Below the pieces are notes generated by a model. The model was given only the letters and a program-made list of their open reading frames with translations, searched no databases and was not told where the DNA came from. From Candidatus Margulisiibacteriota bacterium (lineage in GTDB: Bacteria; Margulisbacteria; WOR-1; O2-12-FULL-45-9), in contig JBDRHP010000073.1 of the NCBI GenBank assembly GCA_043816785.1, forward strand, positions 1 through 11,181: a DNA stretch of 11,181 nucleotides. The letters run 5' to 3'. The position numbers were made by a program, and so were the translations under genes. Positions 6,986 to 11,181 of the stretch are shown here, in pieces; position 1 is the first letter of the stretch; every line of letters begins with the position of its first letter.

Positions 6986-7264
6986 ATGAATAAAAAACAG
7001 TTAGCGGGTAAAGTGGCCAATAAGATGGATCTGACCAAGGCGGAAGCTGAGCGCATCATCGATGCGACCTTGAATTCTATTACCGAAACTTTGCTCAAAG
7101 GCGAAAAGATCAGATTGGTCGGCTTTGGCAATTTTGTTGTCCGCAGCCGCAAGGGCCGGATCGGCCGTAATCCCCAAACCGGGGAGAAGATCACCATTGG
7201 CCAATCCAAGGCTCCGGCCTTTGTTCCTGGTATCAATCTGAAAAAAGCTGTTAAGGGCAAATAA
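6986..7264 (+). CDS. hup: HU family DNA-binding protein
   Basis: MNKKQL start, LVGFGNF, GRNPQTGEKITI, PAFVPG..LKKAVK. Start moved from 6959 to ATG 6986, with GGAGG at 6972-6976. Confidence 0.95.
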   Translation: MNKKQLAGKVANKMDLTKAEAERIIDATLNSITETLLKGEKIRLVGFGNFVVRSRKGRIGRNPQTGEKITIGQSKAPAFVPGINLKKAVKGK

Positions 7265-7276
7265 CTTTAATTATAA

Positions 7277-8794
7277 ATGCCAAAAGTAGACGAAGAACTA
7301 CTCCAGTTGTTAGAAGTTCTGCCCCCGCGAGTCAAGCAAGCACTCCTCAAACATCCGGATATTGCTGCCTTGATCGAGGTTGTTCTTGATCTTGGCAGGA
7401 TACCTGAAGCCCGTTTTGAAGCCAAGGTCTATTATGTTTCTGGAGACCAGGTCTCTCAGGATGACATTGATTTTGTTGTTAGCCAGGTCGGGGAATTTAG
7501 CGGGGACAACCGGGCCGGCATCGAGCGCACCTTACACCGGATCTCCTGTTTGCGTAATCGGCGGGGCAAGATCATTGGTTTAACCTGCCGGGTGGGCAGG
7601 GTTATTTACGGCACCAACGATATTATTCAGGACGTTATTGAGTCGGGCAGGAATATCCTTTTTATGGGACCGCCGGGCATTGGCAAAACGACTAAACTGC
7701 GGGAGGCGGCCCGCATTCTCTCTGATAAATTAAATAAACGCGTAATTGTTGTTGATACCAGCAACGAGATCGCTGGCGACGGTGACATCCCGCATCCGGG
7801 GATCGGCAAATCACGGCGCATGCAGGTTGCCGCGCCGGAACTGCAGCATCAAGTGATGATCGAAGGGGTAGAGAACCACATGCCCGAGGTTATTATCGTG
7901 GATGAGATCGGCACCGAAGCCGAAGCCGCGGCCTGCCGGACCATTGCGGAGCGCGGGGTGCAGCTTATCGGCACGGCTCACGGCAATACCCTGGAGAACA
8001 TTATAAGTAATCCCACGCTTTCTGACCTGGTCGGGGGGATCCAGTCTGTTATTTTAGGCGATGAGGAGGCCAAGCGGCGCCATACCCAGAAGGCGATTTT
8101 GGAGCGCAAGGCCATGCCGACCTTTGATATTGCCATTGAGATCCGCGAACGCGATATGTACGCTATTTATCTTGATGTGGCCAAGGCCGTGGATGCGCAG
8201 TTGCGTGGCAAAGTGCCTCAGCCAGAGCTCCGGGTCAGAAAAGCGGGCGGCAAGATCGAGATCCAAAAGGCTCCGGAGATCATGCCTGAGCCAACGACTG
8301 AGGAGCTGGAACAGGTCAAACAAGAAAAGGGGCGTGGGCCGGTCAAGATCTTTCCCTTTGGCGTTAATCGCGGCCATCTGGAGCGGGGCTTGCGCGCCAT
8401 GCAGCTGCCGGCTGTGGTTGCTTTGAAACTGGATGAGGCGGACCTGATACTAACGATAAAGCCCAAGGCCAAACCCAGGTCGAAGATCATGAAAGTGGCT
8501 GAAGAGCACCATATTCCGGTCCATGTTATCAAAAAAAATGTTTCTTCCCAGATCACGAAGTTCCTTAAATATTACTTTGGGGCCGGCAGTAAAGAGGAAA
8601 CAGAAGAGATCGCCCTGCGCGAAGTTGCTGGCGCGATCGATCAGATCAGAGGAGCCAAAAAGGCGATCGACATCAATCCTCAGAACGCTTATATCAGGCG
8701 TTTGCAGCATCAGCTGGTAGAAGAAGCGGGATTAAATTCTGAATCAGTGGGCGAGGAGCCGAAAAGAAGACTGCGTATCTATCCCCCTTTGTAG
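7277..8794 (+). CDS. Ycf45-like AAA+ ATPase (SpoIIIAA-related) with C-terminal R3H domain
   Basis: EVVLDLGRIPEARF, DNRAGIERTLHRIS, Walker A GPPGIGKTT, DTSNEIAGDGDIPHPGIG, Walker B IIVDEIG, GTAHG. R3H motif PQNAYIRRLQHQLV...SVGEEPKRRLRI. Confidence 0.88.
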   Translation: MPKVDEELLQLLEVLPPRVKQALLKHPDIAALIEVVLDLGRIPEARFEAKVYYVSGDQVSQDDIDFVVSQVGEFSGDNRAGIERTLHRISCLRNRRGKIIGLTCRVGRVIYGTNDIIQDVIESGRNILFMGPPGIGKTTKLREAARILSDKLNKRVIVVDTSNEIAGDGDIPHPGIGKSRRMQVAAPELQHQVMIEGVENHMPEVIIVDEIGTEAEAAACRTIAERGVQLIGTAHGNTLENIISNPTLSDLVGGIQSVILGDEEAKRRHTQKAILERKAMPTFDIAIEIRERDMYAIYLDVAKAVDAQLRGKVPQPELRVRKAGGKIEIQKAPEIMPEPTTEELEQVKQEKGRGPVKIFPFGVNRGHLERGLRAMQLPAVVALKLDEADLILTIKPKAKPRSKIMKVAEEHHIPVHVIKKNVSSQITKFLKYYFGAGSKEETEEIALREVAGAIDQIRGAKKAIDINPQNAYIRRLQHQLVEEAGLNSESVGEEPKRRLRIYPPL

Positions 8795-8824
8795 CCCAAA
8801 TGCCTCGGCCGATCTAAAAATACT

Positions 8825-8853
8825 GCAATTTTTATCATAGTATTACGATAAAA
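8825..8853 (+). promoter_or_regulatory. Possible sigma28-like promoter or dyad operator upstream of the kinase gene
   Basis: GCAA (8825-8828), 15 nt, TACGATAA (8844-8851), compared with the FliA consensus TAAA-N15-GCCGATAA. It overlaps the dyad TTTTATC-N10-GATAAAA (8830-8853). Confidence 0.3.
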
Positions 8854-8860
8854 CATTGAA

Positions 8861-9715
8861 ATGCAAGTATTAACCGCCATGAGAAAAAGTGCAATTATAA
8901 ACGGCAACGTGGCAAGCTATAAGATAGTGCGTCGCTTGGATCAAAAAAATAAACTGCCCGGGCCCCGCGTTTTTTTAGTTGAGGAGTTAGATTCGAAAAC
9001 ATTAAGAGTCCTAAAAAGCATCAACGCTGACTCCCCTTTTAACGATTCTCTGGTACAAGAATTATCTGTATACATGTCTTTGGCAAGGAGTGTTTGGCCA
9101 GTGCCTAAATTCTTGGATGAAGGAGTCTTCGCTTTAAATGGAAATTTGTGGAATTTTGCTGTTCGAGAATATTTCCAGGGCAGCTCATTAGATAAGATTG
9201 AAACATTACAATTTAGCGCTTTTCTTTGGTCGCTGTACGTTTGTTTGCAATCCTTGAAGGAATATGAAGCCGGCGGATTTTTGCATGCAGATATACAACC
9301 TAGCAATATCTTAATTAACGCTTCGAGTCGCCGGGCTTTCTGTGCTTTAATTGATCCGGCGGGTTTTAAGCTTTCCCCAGAAGGAAGGGTTGCTAGCTAT
9401 GGCTCAGTTGAAGGAGCCGGACGTCCTGAATATGTGCCGCCGGAAGAAAGAACTTTGCTTTTTCCTGGCAGGACCAGAGATGTTTATGGGCTGGGGAGAA
9501 CTTATCTGGAACTCTTAAGCGGAATTCCGGCAATCAGGTCAACTGATCAAATGTTAAGAGGAATACAGGCAATGTGCCAAAGAGCCTCAGGTGATGATGT
9601 TCGGTCCCGCTATCAGTCAATCACTGAAATGAGTGAAGCTTTTGATGTATTAAGAACTAGTGAGTCGGGGCAATTGAAAGATTTTGAAATGCGGCTGCCC
9701 AACAATATTCTTTAG
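8861..9715 (+). CDS. Degenerate Hanks-type Ser/Thr protein kinase-like protein
   Basis: RVLK (beta3 Lys), QE (alphaC Glu), REYFQGSSL hinge, HADIQPSNILI catalytic loop, LIDPA in place of DFG, GRPEYVPPE, DVYGLG, late RY. Start could also be ATG 8879. Confidence 0.8.
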   Translation: MQVLTAMRKSAIINGNVASYKIVRRLDQKNKLPGPRVFLVEELDSKTLRVLKSINADSPFNDSLVQELSVYMSLARSVWPVPKFLDEGVFALNGNLWNFAVREYFQGSSLDKIETLQFSAFLWSLYVCLQSLKEYEAGGFLHADIQPSNILINASSRRAFCALIDPAGFKLSPEGRVASYGSVEGAGRPEYVPPEERTLLFPGRTRDVYGLGRTYLELLSGIPAIRSTDQMLRGIQAMCQRASGDDVRSRYQSITEMSEAFDVLRTSESGQLKDFEMRLPNNIL

Positions 9716-11181
9716 ATATTTTTATATGCCAGATGCCTCTGCCAGTTTTTATCGTCAGTTTTAGGGAAGTCAGAACGAAAATGCGCGCCGCGCGATTCCT
9801 GCCGGTCCAAAGCCGCTCGGGCAATAAGCTGGGCCACCTCGGTCAAATTCTTTAGTTCGATCTCATCTTTCGTCGCCGGAGAAAAATCCAGGTTCCTGGC
9901 GACGGCCGCGATTTTCTGGCGAGCATCCTCAAGGGTTTCTTTTGATCTGACAATGCCGACTCCATGCCACATAGCTGTTTTTATGACCATTTTAAATCTT
10001 TGAATATCTATATCTTTTAGCTTGGCTGAGGCAGGTGGTTGGTCAGAAGGGATCTTTACTTTTTCACTTGCACATTGCTTGGCTGCTTGAGCAGCCCGAT
10101 GGCCAAAGACCAGTCCGTCTAATAATGAATTGGAAGCCAGGCGGTTAGCGCCGTGAACACCTAAAGAAGCGCATTCGCCGGCCGCAAAAAGATTTTTGAT
10201 GTTAGTTCTGCCGTCAACATCTGTTTTGACCCCGCCCATGGCGTAGTGGGCCGCTGGCGCGACCGGGATCTGGTCTTTGGTGATGTCCAGCCCGCGTTCC
10301 AGGCAGGTCCGGTAGATGTTGGGGAAACGTTTTTTGATCTTGTCGGCGCCCAGTTTGACCAGGCTCAAATAAACATGGTCAGCGTTGGAGTTTTTCATTT
10401 CCTGGAAGATTGCCCGGGAAACGATGTCGCGCGGCGCCAGTTCCCCCTGCTGATCATATTTTTGCATAAACCTTTCGCCTTGTTGGTTTAGCAGCATGGC
10501 GCCTTCGCCGCGCACTGCTTCGGAGATCAAAAAACGGGGCAGGGCGATCATATCTTTCAGCTCAGCAAACTGGACTAAGGAAGTAGGGTGGAATTGGACA
10601 AATTCCATGTCGCTGACTTCGGCCCCAGCTTGATAAGCCATGGCAATGCCGTCGCCAGTAGCTACTTCGGGGTTGGTTGTGTACAAGTAGGTTTGGCCTA
10701 ATCCGCCGGTAGTAATGATGATCGCTTTGGCAGTGAAATATTTGATCTGATTGTTGGCCGTGTCCAGCGCCTTAAGGCCCAGGCATTGGCCGTTTTCCAC
10801 GAGCAGCTCAAGGCCAACGGTGTGCTGGTGTACGTGGGCCAGCTCGTTTGACACGATCTTCCAGCCCAGGGTCCTTTGGATCTCTTCGCCAGTGGTGTCG
10901 CCGGCATGGAGTATCCTTCGGCGTTTATGCGCGCCTTCCAAAGCCAGGGCATAGCCGCCGCCAGCCTCAGTTTCCGCGCGATCAAAGCGCGCGCCCATCT
11001 CGATCAATTCTTTTACCCGTTCCACGCCTTCGGTAACCAGGATGCGCACGGCAGCTTCATCGCATAAGCCGGCCCCGGCCGCGATCGTGTCTTCAAAATG
11101 GAATTCGGTTGAGTCCTGGATCTGGTCAATCGCAGCCGCGATGCCGCCTTGGGCTTTCTCAGTTGCGGTTTCGCCGATCCT
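9712..11181 (-). CDS. nadB: L-aspartate oxidase, 5'-truncated by the window edge
   Basis: Frame is open to the window end (RIGETATEKAQGGIAAA...DTIAAGAGLCDEAAVRI). Motifs: LEGAHKRRRILHAGDTTG, MEFVQFHPT, LISEAVRGEGA, ELAPRDIVSRAI, PAAHYAMGG, GVHGANRLASNSLL, ESRGAHFRSDFP. Confidence 0.94.
   Translation of the reverse strand, partial: RIGETATEKAQGGIAAAIDQIQDSTEFHFEDTIAAGAGLCDEAAVRILVTEGVERVKELIEMGARFDRAETEAGGGYALALEGAHKRRRILHAGDTTGEEIQRTLGWKIVSNELAHVHQHTVGLELLVENGQCLGLKALDTANNQIKYFTAKAIIITTGGLGQTYLYTTNPEVATGDGIAMAYQAGAEVSDMEFVQFHPTSLVQFAELKDMIALPRFLISEAVRGEGAMLLNQQGERFMQKYDQQGELAPRDIVSRAIFQEMKNSNADHVYLSLVKLGADKIKKRFPNIYRTCLERGLDITKDQIPVAPAAHYAMGGVKTDVDGRTNIKNLFAAGECASLGVHGANRLASNSLLDGLVFGHRAAQAAKQCASEKVKIPSDQPPASAKLKDIDIQRFKMVIKTAMWHGVGIVRSKETLEDARQKIAAVARNLDFSPATKDEIELKNLTEVAQLIARAALDRQESRGAHFRSDFPKTDDKNWQRHLAYKNI

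Noticed and set aside
10029..10035. CCTGCCT on the - strand in a NadB linker, and GGCCTGCCGG in porC near 4237
   Set aside because: Too short and lacking the second palindrome arm; compatible with chance.
361..11067. The many short antisense and alternate-frame ORFs (e.g. 5129-5617, 6883-7260, 8061-8426, 8941-9306)
   Set aside because: All are shadows of well-supported genes and show no recognisable motifs.
9712..11181. Alternative call as an SdhA/FrdA flavoprotein
   Set aside because: The short C-terminus, EKAQGGIAAA without the covalent-FAD His and LASNSLL favour NadB; no Fe-S subunit gene follows.

Overview
Bacterial housekeeping region, almost all on the + strand: alr (5'-truncated), dnaX-ybaB/ebfC-recR, a Yip1-like membrane protein, a four-subunit 2-oxoacid (probably pyruvate):ferredoxin oxidoreductase in gamma-delta-alpha-beta order, HU, a Ycf45-like AAA+/R3H protein and a degenerate, compositionally foreign Ser/Thr kinase-like gene. 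The kinase converges on nadB (5'-truncated, - strand). The unusual content is a set of at least four small palindromic element families. A 32-nt bulged hairpin occurs as an inverted pair between alr and dnaX, with only compensatory stem changes, and again in-frame inside the DnaX linker. Two different 21-nt palindromes are nested inside other repeats, both at a TC^TC (GA^GA) junction. No transposase, RNA gene or CRISPR array is visible. All calls come from reading motifs by eye; no database search was run.
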